Assembly (NCBI RefSeq): GCF_009914755.1
Contig: NC_060938.1
From: the human T2T-CHM13v2.0 reference genome, Homo sapiens
Direction: 5' to 3' (one strand)
Length of the DNA: 64,000 nucleotides
Below, in pieces: positions 27,483 to 42,389 of the stretch; the first letter of the stretch is position 1, and each line of letters begins with the position of its first letter. The notes under the pieces are model-generated. The model was not told where the DNA came from, searched no databases, and was given only the letters and a program-made list of their open reading frames with translations. The position numbers and the translations under genes are program-made.

Positions 27483-29484
27483 GCTCTAAGGCACCACTGA
27501 GCGCCCTCTTTTGCTGGGTAGTTCAACAGTGGCTGTCTTGGGGATTGGCTTTTCTTCAGCTTCCTGGCATAGCTGCACCCCACACAGCCCAGCATGAGTG
27601 CATGGCAGCAAAGCCCTCTCCAAAGGAAGGCATCTTCTTTGCTTTTGTCATTTCTCCTGTCTCTAACACCAGTGAGGTGCTGGCATCTGCACTGGTCACT
27701 TATCATGAGTTTAGATGACAAGGTTGGTCACCGTGGAGGCCTCTGGACCTCTGTCCTCCTGCTCGCTGGCACAGGAGAGCTTGTGGGTGAGGGCCCATGG
27801 TAGAAAGAACATTTCCCCTGAGCCCAGTTACCTGGGCCAAGTAGCTGGCTACAGCCTGGAGAAGCCAGGTCCCCTGGAAGCCGGGCTGGGGCGGAGCTGT
27901 GGGGACTGGCATGGTCATCACGACGTCACTGGGTGGGGCAGGGCGTTGGCGGGAATCCACACCAGGGCAGGCCAGCTTGCCTCCCTGGCCACTTGTTTGT
28001 GTTCCAGCTTTGCTCCAAGCCTGGGTCCAGCCCCTGCCCCACTTTGGGGCTTCGGGGTTAACTAGTGGCACATTTAAATGAGGTCTGGCTCCCCAGAGAC
28101 AGTCACCCTCTCCTGGGCGCTGCCTCTGAGCAGGCAGATCCTGCCCCAACCTCTCTCCCTGGCCCAGATTACCTTACCTGGGCTTATTGCTCCAGGAAGA
28201 CATGGAACACCCACCAGAGAGAGGCCTCCTTGGTGTCTGTCAGATCCTGTCCTCGCGGATCCCTTGGGGGACCAAGGGCCACGTTCTGTTGTTTCTGCAC
28301 CCCTACTGGGAAACACCAGGAGGATCCTTCCTCCACTCCCTCCTCCTCCAGGCCTCCATCTGAGAAGTCCCAGACACAAAGCCATGCTCCTTCCTTGCCT
28401 ACACACTGCCTCACCCCCACAGCAGCCCTGCAGCTCCTATGGAGAGCGTCCTCCATGATCTGCGGCAGTGCTTGTCAAAATGCAGATTTCCAGGTCCTAC
28501 TCATAAATTCTGGGGGTGCAGCCCTGGAATCAGAATTTTTGATATAAGCTCTGAAGATGATTCTATAGCTTTGGGAGCCCCTGGCTACAGTATAAAGCTC
28601 AAAAGTCTGGATGGCACCTGTGACCTACTCAGTTGGGTTCTCGTCTATCTATCCAGCCTCCTTTGTTGGAACCCGGCTCACATTGAACTTGTCATTGTTC
28701 CCCAACATCCTGGGCTCTACCCTTTTCCAATTCCTCTACACATGCTCTTCCTTTTGCCTGGAGGACTGTCTTTCCTGTTCCCACTTTGCAAATGCCTACC
28801 TATCTTTTAGGACAAGATCAAACAGCACCTCCTCCGGAAGCCTTCCTGCCTCCCTCCTGATGAGCGTTTGCTTCTGCAGCGTGATGTTATGCCGTGATTA
28901 CAGCACTTCCCACCATGCTCTGTCTTCGTCCCTTTACCCCCACACAGCAATCGCCCCCATCCAATGTCAGCCCCTGGAAAGCAGGGCGGGTATCTTATTT
29001 ATCTTTAAAATTCCAGCAACTACCACCATTCCTGGTATAGAGTGGATAGTTGTAAATATTTATGTAAGTTTAAGTGGTCTCTGGGACCCTGATTTTCCAT
29101 CTTTTCTTAAATGGGATTCTGCCTTAGGCTGCTGGGCTTCATTTAAACCTCAGTCATTAAAAAGCAGTTCCTTTGTTTCCTCAGCATGGTTCATATTTAG
29201 CCAAAGAGATTTATTTCTCCAATAAACCCCACTCTCCAAACAGCCACATTCATCTGTTCCTCCTACTGAGAAATGAAAGGGAGTCACCGGCTGCACCTAG
29301 AACTCCTGTGTCAGTGAATGCAGAAAAGAGGACCAGGAAAATTCATTTAAATCTTACTGCCAGCTGGTGATCAAGTGGCTTCCCTGGCATTCGTCTCCTG
29401 TGTTTGCAGGGTTAAGTGAGACTCTTTGGGAGGTGGGGGAAAAATTCAAAACTCCTTTTTTGTTCTATCAACTGTTTTTAATTT

Positions 29485-29772
29485 AATTTAATTTTTTAAC
29501 AGGATTTCGCTCTGTTGCCCAGGCTGCAGTGTAGTGACTTGATCTTGGCTCACGGCAGCCTTGACCTCCTGGATTCAAGGGATCCTCCAGCTTCAGCCTC
29601 CTGAGTAGCTGTGACTACAGGCACATGCCACATGCCCAGCTATTTTTAATTTTTGTAGGGTTGGAGTCTTGCTATGTTGCCCAGGCTGGTCTTGAATTCC
29701 TGACCTCAAGCGATCCTCCCACCTTAGCCTCCCAAAAGTGCTGGGATTACAGGCGTGAACCACTATTCCTGC
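29485..29772 (-). mobile_element. Alu (J-like)
   Basis: Antisense consensus. Confidence 0.9.
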
Positions 29773-30846
29773 ACTTTCTTTAATCTTTAATATGAAAACA
29801 GGCAATCTCAGGTTTGTGTTCTAAGCAGGTGGCTAACCCATCAGGGATTTTAGTGATGACAAGGATGGTTGTTAGCAAACCCATAACTCCATAAGAGACC
29901 AAGCTGGGGATATTTCCCAGCTCCTGGTGACCCAAGACTGCTGGAAAATTTCTGCCTCACATTGTGAATTCAGGTACAAATTCAGTCTGGAGAGGTGAGT
30001 GGGGCTGAAAGTCATCTGATTTTTTTCAGGACAGATCTCGTCCCTTTTGTTTTTCCTAGTCAAGAATTTTATAGCTCTAAGGTTTCCTGCTGCTAAACTG
30101 TTTTCATAGATGCAAACCAACTGATCTGGTAGAGAGGCTATTGTATTCTCTGCCAACTGATTTCCAGCAGAATTAAGGGGCTTCAGGGAAGGGAAGTATG
30201 GCAAACACTAATTGGACTGGCTGTGCACTGAGTTGGACACAAACAATATAGTCTTGCTCCTAGAATTTTGAAACTTCAGAGTGTGAAAGGAACTTTGAAG
30301 GTCACCTTGTCCAACCACCTCCCCACTCCATGCTTGAATTCCGTTTGTGACATCCCCAGCAAATGAGGATTATCTAGCCCTTGTTCAATCTCTTTCAATG
30401 CCAGAGAACTCATTACCCTTGGAGGCAGCCCATTCCATTTTCATATTGCTCTACTAGCCAGCTTTTTCATATGCTAGGCTGACATCGGCTTCTTGCCTCT
30501 CTGTGACTTCCAAGGGTTGGACTTGCTTGTGCCTGCTTATGTACATAGAGAAAGTCTTCAAAGATTTGTGGTTCTCTCCTGTCTAGGGTCATCACGTCTG
30601 GTTCCCACACACTACCTCTGTGGATGATGGGAATCTACGTTATTTTTATCCTTCTTCCACATTATGGAGGTATCTGACAAAGAGCCATTTGGGGTGAACT
30701 ATCAGTGCATAGTTCACTTCTCCCCAAGATGGGCATGTGACTTCCATGCACAGCCATCCACACCAGAATGGTGGCTGCCACTATTTCAGTACCTGGCATA
30801 GTGCTAGGCACATAGGGATACTCAAATAGTTATTGGATATATATGA

Positions 30847-30880
30847 GGATGGATGGATGGATGGTTGGATGGATGGATGG
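30847..30880. repeat. (GGAT)n imperfect tetranucleotide repeat at an L2 end
   Basis: ggatggatggatggatggttggatggatggatgg. Confidence 0.9.
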
Positions 30881-31168
30881 GTGATTGAATAAATAAATAG
30901 ATAAATGGATGAATGAATAAAAGAATGACTCAGTACATGGAGAAAGCAAACTTGGAAATATTTAGATCAATCAATATCTATGGAAGCTCCTCTATACCAA
31001 TATTGTGCTGTGTAAGGGAAGGGAGTGCTGGGAGACAAACGAGGTGTTTACAAAGAAGTACAGACATAATCTTTCTCCTAATGTTGGAAACAAGCTAGAC
31101 CCAAACCTGTGAAAACTTCTCCCTCTCCAGTTCTGATGTTTATGGACATGTTGCATAACAACTCACCA

Positions 31169-31373
31169 GGCCAGGCATGGTGGTTCCTGCCTGTAATCCC
31201 AGCTACTCAGGAGGCCGAGGTGGGAGGATCACTTGAGCCTGAGAGGTAGAGGCTGCAGTGAGCTGTGATCGCACCACTGCATCCAGCTGGGGCAACAGAG
31301 TGAGACCCTGTCTCAAAACAAAAACCAAAACAAAACCCAAAAGCCAGAAACCAAAACCAAACAAACAAAAAAT
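31169..31373 (+). mobile_element. Alu monomer (FRAM/right arm) with A-rich tail
   Basis: Single monomer consensus. Confidence 0.85.
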
Positions 31374-33439
31374 AACTCACTAGCAACATAGTAATTTGGG
31401 ATTGAAGTTAGAGCTAGAAGGGATGTTATTGACGAATGGGTCACATCTCCTATTTTGCAGTAGAGAGCTGGAGAGGGAAATGACTTACCCAAAATCAGGA
31501 CCAATTCTGGAATCCCTGTCTCTTGGCTCCTACACCTCTTTCCAGTATGCTTTCTTTGTTTGGAGATTATTTTGTTTTCATCCAAATTTCTGTGTATTTG
31601 CTCCAAAATCGGCTTTGCATTGACTGTGTAGACCTGGCTTTGGATTCCATAGACAACATTTATACATTCACTTACTCATTCTCCATCCAGCCACACTTGG
31701 GGAATATCTGTTATGTATGAAGCCCTGTGCTAGGCTTTGGGAATAGAAGAATGAGACATGGCCCCTTCCGTGAAATAATCTAGCAGAGAGAAAGACCCAT
31801 AAATAAGCAAAAGGCAATGTACTCAGGCTACAGAAGAGGTGTAGGTGCCCAGAAAAAGGAACAGCTATCTCTGCTTGGGGACACAGAGAGGACCTTCCAG
31901 GCTTGATAACAACTAAAGGGGTCTTGAAGGATCAATAGGAGTTTGCTGATGGATAAGTAGGGGAAGGCATTTAAGCAGAGAAAAGGCATTTGCTGTGGCA
32001 AGAGGCTTGAAAAGACCTAGCACCTGCTACAGCCCAGGGGAGGGAAGGAGCGTGGAATGTAAGTTCACAAGCAGACCAGGCCCATACTCTAAAAGGGTCT
32101 CCCGAGGCCCACCAAAGGGCAGTGTAGGATGGCCTTAGACATTCCGCAATGATTTATTCTTGTGTCCTGATGAAATTTTGGACAGCAAGAGCCTCAGAAA
32201 ATGAGTCCATTTGAAGTAGGATTCTTTCAAAGACTTCAGTATAACTTAGGAGTTAAAGAGTAAGCTACAAGTCATAACTAGTTGTGCAAAGTGCAATGCT
32301 TTGCAGAAATTATTTAGATTTTTTGGCTTTCCCTTTGATCATTAGTATCAAGGTGAAACAATTCTCCATGTGTGTATATTATAAATAACGTTGAAGTTAG
32401 TCTCCCTGGGTTTTTATGTAAGGTTCGTAACAACCTCTATGTGGAAGCCAGCATGAAGTTGAAGAAAGCTTCATGTGATTTAAATTTAAAGATGGGCCAG
32501 ATATGACCTGTGATCAATTTTCAGCGGCTGTTGTGCACTTGGGTTGCAGAGACATTAAGGAAAGCTTGTAAACTACCTAAGAGAGCACTTAAAAATCTAA
32601 TAAATAAGAAATACAATGCCACTGTCAGAAGCCTTGATGGAGGTTGGGGGGAGCCAGAGAAGTAATTTGTGCAATAAGTCCTGTGAATTCCCATTACTAC
32701 TACTACTTTTTTTTTTTTCTTCAGACAGGCTAAAAATAGAAGCCCCAAATAAATATACATCAGAGGTAGAAAAGAGAAACTGGTGATTTTGAGTGAATTG
32801 CTGCTTTATGGCCTAAGCCAAGTTACAGAAATTGGAATCAGAGTGGCACCACCATGTTTTCTAGGGAGCCATATTTAATTTGCTAAAACTTCTAAAGGGT
32901 AGCCGGAGAGAAAATGTTACCATGTCCCCTAGAAACAAATCAAAATGAACAAGGTAAAACCCGGGGCGTGTGAATCTAGTCCCCACTTGACTGTTGTCTC
33001 CTGGACATCCCATGGTCTGAGTTCTCCTTTGCGATCATTAATGACCATGACTGAAGGCATCTCAGTTCTGATGTCTGTATACCACCACCCGACTTCTCCT
33101 ACCACGATGCACGGACTCTTCCCAAGACCACCAATGGCCTGCTTTTTGGTGAGGAGGTCTTATTTTCTCCCCCGCTGCATGTAGTTCACCCCTCCTTCCT
33201 TGAAATGTGCCTCTCTTAGCTTCTAAGATACTCATAGCTCATGTTTTTCTTCCTACTTCTTGTCCTCACCTTCTCAGTCTCCTTTGCTGGTTCCTTTTCT
33301 TCCACTCACATTTGAATGTGAAAGGCTGTCCTCCACTCTTCTCTCACTCCACACACTCCGAGTACCTTTGAGATGCCCCCATTTCTGTCTTTACCCAATC
33401 TATGTCTCAGCTCAATGTTTTCAAATTCCTTCTGGATCT

Positions 33440-33632
33440 GTGTTTCTCATTATGGTAGCCACCGGCCTCATGTGGCTACTTAAATTCAAATTCTTAAAAT
33501 AAAATAAAATGAAATAAAGGTTGAGTTCTTCATTCACATAAGCCACGTGTTAAGGACTTGATAGCTGCATGTGGCTACTGGGTTAGTCAGGGCAGCCATA
33601 GAACGTTTTTACCATCGCAGAATGGGCAGCAC
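33440..33632. mobile_element. MER3-like element
   Basis: ggtagccaccggcctcatgtggctacttaaatt...tagaacgtttttaccatcgcagaa. Confidence 0.7.
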
Positions 33633-33812
33633 CGTTCTACTTCTTACCACCTGAATAGTCCACAAGCACCTCAAACTCATTGTGCTGCAAACATATCATC
33701 AGCAGAATGTTGGTGTATGTGGAAAAGTGTGGCAAAGAGAAATAAGGGAAGGAGGAAAAGGATCCTTTCAGTTATTAAGTTCTATAACATTTGTCTCAAA
33801 CAGACTTCATTA

Positions 33813-34399
<587 letters not shown>

Positions 34400-35674
34400 T
34401 TAAAGTCTTAGATCCTCTCTGATTGGACCAGCCCAAGCCACATGACTATGTCTGAGCCAATCACGATAGCCATGACCAGGGCCATTGAAAGCCTCGTGTT
34501 CCATCCCTGGAGTTGGAGTCATTTGGAATAAACTTTCCCTGACTCACAAGGATCCTCAGAAATTAGGAGCTGTTGGGAGAATGAGGAATGACCTGGATGC
34601 TGAAGAGGCACCCACAGATATCTAAGAGAGAGGGGGAAGGTATGATTTTAAAAGGAGATGGAAGTGTGTTAATGTTGAATGTCCTTTTTTTTCACATTTT
34701 ACAACTGGGACTTTGGTACTTTGAATTGACTGGAAGAAGACCAAGCAGCAGCCACCACAGAGCCAGGCGTCTTTTGGTCTGGGACCGGGTTCCTTCTGTC
34801 TCGTGTGTTTCGTAAGGAAAGCTTTTGCTTCCCAGCTGCAGAAATGTTTTCCAGGGGGGACTAGAGGACCAGAATGTGCGGTATTTCTTTCAGAGCTCAA
34901 ATAGAGTGAGTGGAGAGCATATGTATCAAACATTTACTGTGATATTTTTTTTTTTTCTCAAAATGGGGAAATAAATACAAAAAATCAACAGAGGGAATGA
35001 AAGCAGAGAAATAGCCCAAAAGAATACAGTACCATACATCTCCAGTTTAGACTGGCAAAAAGCAAAACTGCTTCTAGAATGGTACAGGAAATTGTGTGAC
35101 AAAATTAGAATGGGCAGCTTTCCTATTAATTTTTACATCGCTTTATTTGTTTGCCAGTAATTCATATCACCTATAACAAAAGCACCATCTTCCTGAAAGT
35201 TCTGGTAAATATACACTTCAGTTCACCGGGCAGAGGTTGGTAAAGCCGTGTCTTTTCAGAAAGTGTGAATTAAGACAAGTATTCAAATGCATTAGACCAA
35301 GGCTACTATCTTTCATAGCTACATATAATGAACATCTTCAGTGTAGGATGAGTGGCCTCGCAAACTCCATGAACAAATAGTCACTTTATTTAGAGAACCT
35401 TATAAACCTCCTTTAGCTTTAAGTAGATTGTCACACCTGGAGGGTCTCTATTGGAGGAGCTTCAATTTTCTTATAAGAAATGTGCTGAGAAGAATTAGCC
35501 AAAGGATATTGAAATTCCCTTCTTGCACAAATGCAGAAAAGTATTTTTCTTTGAAGTTCCTTGAGATTATGTTTTTCAAAGCCAAAGCATTTGAAATATG
35601 TCCATCAGGGGAAGCCTTTCTGACAATTATTTATGAGACTCTGAGAAGCGGTGGAAGAGGGGACAGAAATTTTA

Positions 35675-36452
35675 GAGGTAAAATTGTGTTCCTTAAAAAG
35701 ATATGTTGAAGGCTGGGCACGGTAGCTGACGCTTATAATCCCAGCACTTTGGGTGGCTGAGGTGGGCAGATCACTCAAGGTCAGGAGTTCCAGACAAGCC
35801 TGGCCAATTTGGTGAAACCTCATCTCTATTAAAAGTACAAAAAATTAGCTGGTTGTGGTGGCATGTGCCTGTAGTCCCAGCTACTCCGGAGGCTGAGGTG
35901 GGAGAACCACTTGAGCCTAGGGGGTAGGGGTTACAGTGAGCCGAGATCACGCCACTGCACTCCAGCCTGGGTGACAGAGACTCTGTCTCAAACAAAAACA
36001 AACAAACAAAAAAAAAACAAAGGTGTGTCGAAGTCTGATCCCTGCTACCTGTGCACGGGACCTTATTTGGAAATAAGGTCTTTGCAGATGTAATCAAGTT
36101 AAGATGAAGTCATACCAAATTGGGGTGGGCCCTAATCTAGTGACTGTTGTCTTTATAAGAGATCATTTGGACACAGAGTCGTGGACATAGAGAGGAGAGC
36201 AACCTGTGATGATGGGAGCAGAGATTGCAGTGGTGCGCCTGCAACCAAGGAACACCACGGACTGCCCACAACTACCAGAAGCTTGGAAGAGGCAAGGGAG
36301 GATTCTTCCCCAGAGTCTTCAGGTGGTGCACAGTCCTGCTGACACCTTGTTCTTGGACTTCCAGCCTCCAGAACTGTGAGAGAATGAATTTCTGTTGTTT
36401 TAAGCTGCCCAGTTTGTGGTCATTTGTCATGGCGGCCCTACGGAACTAGTAC
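35675..36452 (+). mobile_element. MLT1B/C-like LTR split by an Alu (35711-36020)
   Basis: gaccttatttggaaataaggtctttgcagatgtaatcaagttaag...ccagcctccagaactgtgagagaat; degenerate TSD aaagatatgttgaag/aaaggtgtgtcgaag around the Alu. Confidence 0.88.
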
Positions 36453-37246
36453 AGCCTGGACAAGCTCTAAGATCTTCTTCCAGGCAGAGCAAGACCTATA
36501 TCCTCTCCCGCCTTGACTCTGCAGATAAACACATGTCCTCAGCCAACCAGATGGACTCAAGGTGACCTCACAAGTGCCTCCCTCTCCTGCTAAGGCCACC
36601 TGCCAGGGTCACTGTGTCACTCAGATTCCCAACCTCAAAGAACCCCAACCTTTGGAGTCAACTCTCATCAACCAGACACCATAATTTAATTAGAAAAGGG
36701 GAGATTTAAGATAGAAAAACAATACAGGACATGGGTTTTCTGAGCATGAAATAGCTCCTGAACCCAAGAAAAATTTCATGTTCCAGTAGAATGGCATTGA
36801 TGACAAAGCCTGCTTCTGCCGTTTACTTGCTGGGGCTTTGGATAAGACACTTGAGTGCTGTGAATATCAAGCTGGTCATCTTTAAAATGGGTCTATCATT
36901 CCTGCCTGGCCAATTGCTTAGGGTTGTTTGGGGAACAATTGAGAGAGACCGTGAGTGAACCAGGTTGAAATGGAAATTGCATATGAGTCTGAGGCATTGA
37001 TTTTTATTAGGGAGGCTACAAAACCCAGTTTTTAGTGAGAGAGGGAGAAAGTATGAGAGGGAGATGCTACTGGAATTTAATACTAGTGAGTTTCTCAGGC
37101 AGAGCTCAGGATGAAGAAATTTATTTGCTCAAGGTCAACCAGCAAAAACTGGAAAAGACCTACAACTAGAATTTGGGGTATAAAATTGTATACTTGCTCC
37201 TGTTCTACCTTCTCACTGACCCCTTCCCTCCAACCTGCTCTATGTA

Positions 37247-37569
<323 letters not shown>

Positions 37570-39492
37570 TAATTGAGGAAGCTTTTATTCCTCCTTCTCC
37601 CCTCTCAATTCCTGTCCCTCTCTCTGTCCTTCCTTTTCCCTCATCCTCTTTCTCTTCCTCTCAAACCTCATTTTTCCTTTGAAAAGTTTCAAGTAGAATG
37701 AATTCAGTGTTCTCAGCCGAGTTCCAGCATAAAGAGCTCACTATGCACTTCGACAGAATTATCTCCTTTGAAGAATGCCCACTTTAATCTCCTCTAAGAC
37801 AGGTTTTTGTGGTGTTAGAACAAAATGACATAATACTCTTCAAGCTAAAAGGCTTATTAAGTAGCATTCAGAAAATCCTGCAACTTCCTCGTAATTGGAG
37901 GCTTAATTGGGTGGGTTTAGTAGCATTTGGTTATTAGGGCTAATCAAATATTCCAGAATAATTGACTCAACTTTTTTTTGGGGGGGGGCAATTATCATCT
38001 CTAATATTGTTGTGATTAAAAAGATACATCTTGGCTGAGTGAAGACATTGTTCTATGTAATGCATGTCTCAGTAGGGTTGGAACCAACATAACCCTGGGC
38101 CAGCAGCTTCATGGCAGATTTAGTCATAGCACATGATCATAGCCCAGGAGAGCATCTCTTTCGTCTGAGGTCTCTTGTGATGCAATGAAAAGCTTGATTG
38201 TTTCCAGGGAACCTGTTTCAAGACCTGATTATGGGTATGGGGGAGAGACAGTTGGGTTAGACCATGTCATATCGTTTCATCAGGGAGATAATAACCACCA
38301 TTCTAGGCTGGGAACTCCTCCGCCCCTTAATAACCATGGGACTTCAGGAAAGGGTGGGGGTCCCTGGGTTCTCAGCAGGGGAAGGAAGGATAATAATTCC
38401 CACCTTTACCTCTCACATGAGGAAAGGAGTATGAACAGCCTTGAAATTAAATTGCAAAACCCTATGGAAATAGGAAGGGCTCCTGTCAGTGCAGTAAATC
38501 ATCTTGGAGGGATTCGAATGGGGTTGGGAGAGGTTCCCTGTACTACTGCTTTCTTTGACTTGAACTCCAAATGCGTCCTCCAACTTAGTCCCTTCTCAGG
38601 AGCTGGCCTTGACATTCCCATCCAAATAGGACGCTTTGGTCCTCCTGACATGCCCTCCCTCATTGATTTTGCACCAGAGAAAGTGCTATACCCCAAGGTC
38701 TCCCTTAGCAAACCTAGTTTGTCCATGCTTGTCTCTCTGGCCCCCTTTGGTTCGCCTGCCCATGTGGCTACCCAGGTCTTCCTCCCTGAAGGTGAAGCCT
38801 TAGGGGACCAGGTGAGGGATATGGGGTCCTGACTGCAACACTTGGAGCACCTCAGGACTCTGCTATCACCAATTTAAACTCTCACCTGCTGTCCAAGCCA
38901 CTGCCACCCCTGTGCTGTGATTTCTCAGGGATGGTGGGGACCACGCTTGCGTTTCTGCCTTTGACCAGAACCAGGCCACACACCTTACTCCTGTCAAATC
39001 ACTCTTCCTTCCCAGGAGCTGAGGAAACGTAGGGGGTGAGAGGAAGGTGGCCCTTAGGTTCCAGAGCATCTGTTCCCGCAGCTGTGAGGTCCCTGCTGTG
39101 GTTCTCTGACATGACCTTCCCCTGTGGGGGTGGGAGGGAGGAGCATTCCTCAAAGGTGCCCTTGGCCGTGGCCAGAGCCCCCACTTCCCTGTGCTTTCAC
39201 CTGTTCTGTGGAGCTGGTAAGGGGAAAAGCGGCAAGGACATAGCAACCCAGGAAGATCTGGGGACTATTCTGCTGGCAGTCCTTCATGAGGAGAGCTGGG
39301 TGTCTTCACTCCTGCCAACTCCTGCGTCCACTTCTACCCCCCAGTGTCAACTTCCAGCAGAAAGGAAAACCTCTTCGCTCTAAGAGCAGCTCTGGGTCAG
39401 CCTCCTAGGGCAATGAAAATCATCCATGGCCACCCATTCCCCAGTGCAGCTCTAGACTGTGGGGAAATGTGTTAAATCAAGAATGGGCACAT

Positions 39493-39790
39493 TGCTGGGT
39501 GTGACAGCTTACACTTGTAATCCCAGCGCTGCAGGAGGTGGAGGTGATGATGGGAGGATCGCTTAAGGACAGGAGTTGGAGACCAGCCTGGGCAACACAG
39601 CGAGACTCTATCTCTACAGATAATTAGCTGGGGGAGTGGCACATGCCTTTAGTCCCAGCTACTTGGGAGGCTGAAGTGGGAGGATCACTTGAGCCCAGGA
39701 GTTCAAGGTTACAGTGAGCTGTGATTGTACCACTGCATGAACTCCAGCCTGGGCAAGAGTGAGACCAACTCAAAAAAAAAAAAAAAAAAG
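39493..39790 (+). mobile_element. Alu (J-like)
   Basis: Diverged consensus plus A tail. Confidence 0.88.
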
Positions 39791-40766
39791 AAGAACAGGC
39801 ACGTCCGTCACACTGGAGCCTGTTCAGGGGGCAAGAATTGAACCTGGGCTTAAGAATCTGGGAAATATAAAGTTTCCTGTGAGCCGCTCCGTCACAACAC
39901 ATATCCGGTTCTTCGGATTCTCAAGACAGAAGCCTGGAAGCCACCCCAGTTCCTCCATCTTCTGCTGCCCTAAGCCCTCTTCCAATCAGCCAGTGACTCC
40001 AGTCAATTCCATCTCCTACATTTCCTCCAGGTCCATGTCCTGATGTCTGGCCCCAGCATCAGGTCTGAGTCTGCAACTGGTGTCACTCCTCTGATTTGCT
40101 TCTCTGTCATTTGCCCTCTGTCTTCAGTCCATCCTCCCACACTGGCTGCATCTGACCATGTCACTCACCTACTCAGAACACCTGGGGAGCCCCTCTTGTC
40201 CCCAGACTCCACTGCCCAATCCCCACAGCCCTGTAGGGCCTGGCCTTGATGGCAGGGGTTCTCCTGGAGCAGCCCTGGCCCTTAGCCCTCACATTCTCTC
40301 CTGCCACGTTACTGTACTGCCTCGGCTCAAAAGCGTGTCTTCTTTTTTCTACATTGTAACATTTCTGAAATTTCAGAATGCATCTGGCACAGACACATGC
40401 GTCTGAAAATGGACAGATATCCTCAGTTTTTCGGTTCCTCTCTACCCTGAGAAGTTGTTAAGAAATCACTATAATCATTGGTGTGGCCGGAGTGACAATC
40501 ACTTTGGCAACGAGGCAGGAAGTAGAGAGAGATGCTGTCCTCTGAGATTTGGACTTCAACTAGTGGAGCCCCTGAAGGAGAATGAGAAGGGTCACATTTG
40601 TGTTTTGGGCAAGATCTGTCTGGAAGTCCTGTGAAGAATGGATTGGAAAATAATGAGAGTGGAAAGAAGACGGGTGAGAACCAGATCTTAGGAGCAGAAA
40701 TCCCTAGAAGGCACATTGTAGATGGACGTTAAAGCAATGACTTGTTTGTGCTCAGTGAGTGCACGG

Positions 40767-40963
40767 AAGGGATGGGCACTCTTTTTCTGTAAATGCCTGG
40801 ATAGTACGTATCTTAGGCTTTGCGTGCCATACCATCTCTGTCACAGCTGCACACCTCTGCCAGCGGAGTAGCTCAAAGCAGCTGTAGACAATTTGCAAAA
40901 GAATAGGTATGGCTGTGTTCCAGTAAAACCTATTTATAAAAATAAGTGGTTTGCTGACCCCCA
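40767..40963. mobile_element. MER58A-like hAT element
   Basis: tttttctgtaaa...aggctttgcg...atggctgtgttccagtaaaac...tttgctgaccccc. Confidence 0.8.
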
Positions 40964-41471
40964 GTGCAAGGTGACACTCAGGATTTTCTTGACCAGAATT
41001 CTGTATTAACCAGAGTCTAGGAGTGGTGCAGATACAGAGGGGTTATTAGTCAGGGACCTCAATGGAAAGCGTCAAGGTAAAGGGCCTATTAATGAAGGTA
41101 TGAGTGCAATAAGGGAAGCAACAAGGGGTGCTGAGGCCCCCGGGGACCCACAGCAGCAGGAAGCCATCACCATCCTGAGGCCAGAGGGGCAGGGAGAGGG
41201 AGTGGTGCTCGTAGAACCCAGGTGAGAGCTATGTCTTGGGAGAGGAGCCACCTGGCAGGAGCCGAAGCTGTGGTGGGACGCAGTCACCGTAAGGACTGTG
41301 CCCAAGCCAGGAAGAGAGGGAGGGGAGGAACAAATGGCCCGACCTCCCTCTCTGCTGTTTGTTTTTTCCAGAGTTGCTATTTGCCTCATTGCCCAACCTC
41401 AGCCCCATTTTACTTGTGGTTTATCATCCTGCCTCTAAGCTGTTACGTATCTCAAACTAATGAATGTTGTT

Positions 41472-41606
41472 AAGAAAGAAAAGAAAAAAAAATCCAAAGA
41501 ACTTAAAATCTAGTAGAAGAGATAGGCCTGCTGACGAACCAGAGCAGGGATTCAAACACGTTATAGGAGAGGCATGAGCCAGGAGCCACACGAATGCAAG
41601 AGGGCT
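41472..41606 (+). repeat. Direct duplication, copy 1 (~130 bp)
   Basis: aatccaaagaacttaaaatctag...gagccaggagccacac...gagggct recurs at 42255-42389, about 90% identical. Confidence 0.93.
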
Positions 41607-41689
41607 TTCCATAATCCTGCTTTAGTAACTGAGCACAATGTCTGAGTGTCCTGTCCTTTCTACCCAGCCTGCATTTCCCCCCAATCTAA

Positions 41690-41956
<267 letters not shown>

Positions 41957-41958
41957 TA

Positions 41959-42254
<296 letters not shown>

Positions 42255-42270
<16 letters not shown>

Positions 42271-42389
42271 GAAATCCAAAGAACTTAAAATCTAGCAGAA
42301 GAGACAGGCCTGCTGACGAACCAGACAGAGCAGGGACTCAAACATGTTATGGGAGCGGCATGAGCCAGGAGCCACACATGCAGAGGGCT
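42255..42389 (+). repeat. Direct duplication, copy 2 (A-rich Alu end plus 3' flank)
   Basis: Matches 41472-41606. Confidence 0.93.

Noticed and set aside
28611-29225. 204-aa ORF
   Set aside because: Overlaps a pyrimidine-rich L2-like relic; no coding signature.
30685-30732. Imperfect hairpin GTGAACTAT...ATAGTTCAC
   Set aside because: Only a 9-bp perfect stem; plausible by chance in 64 kb.
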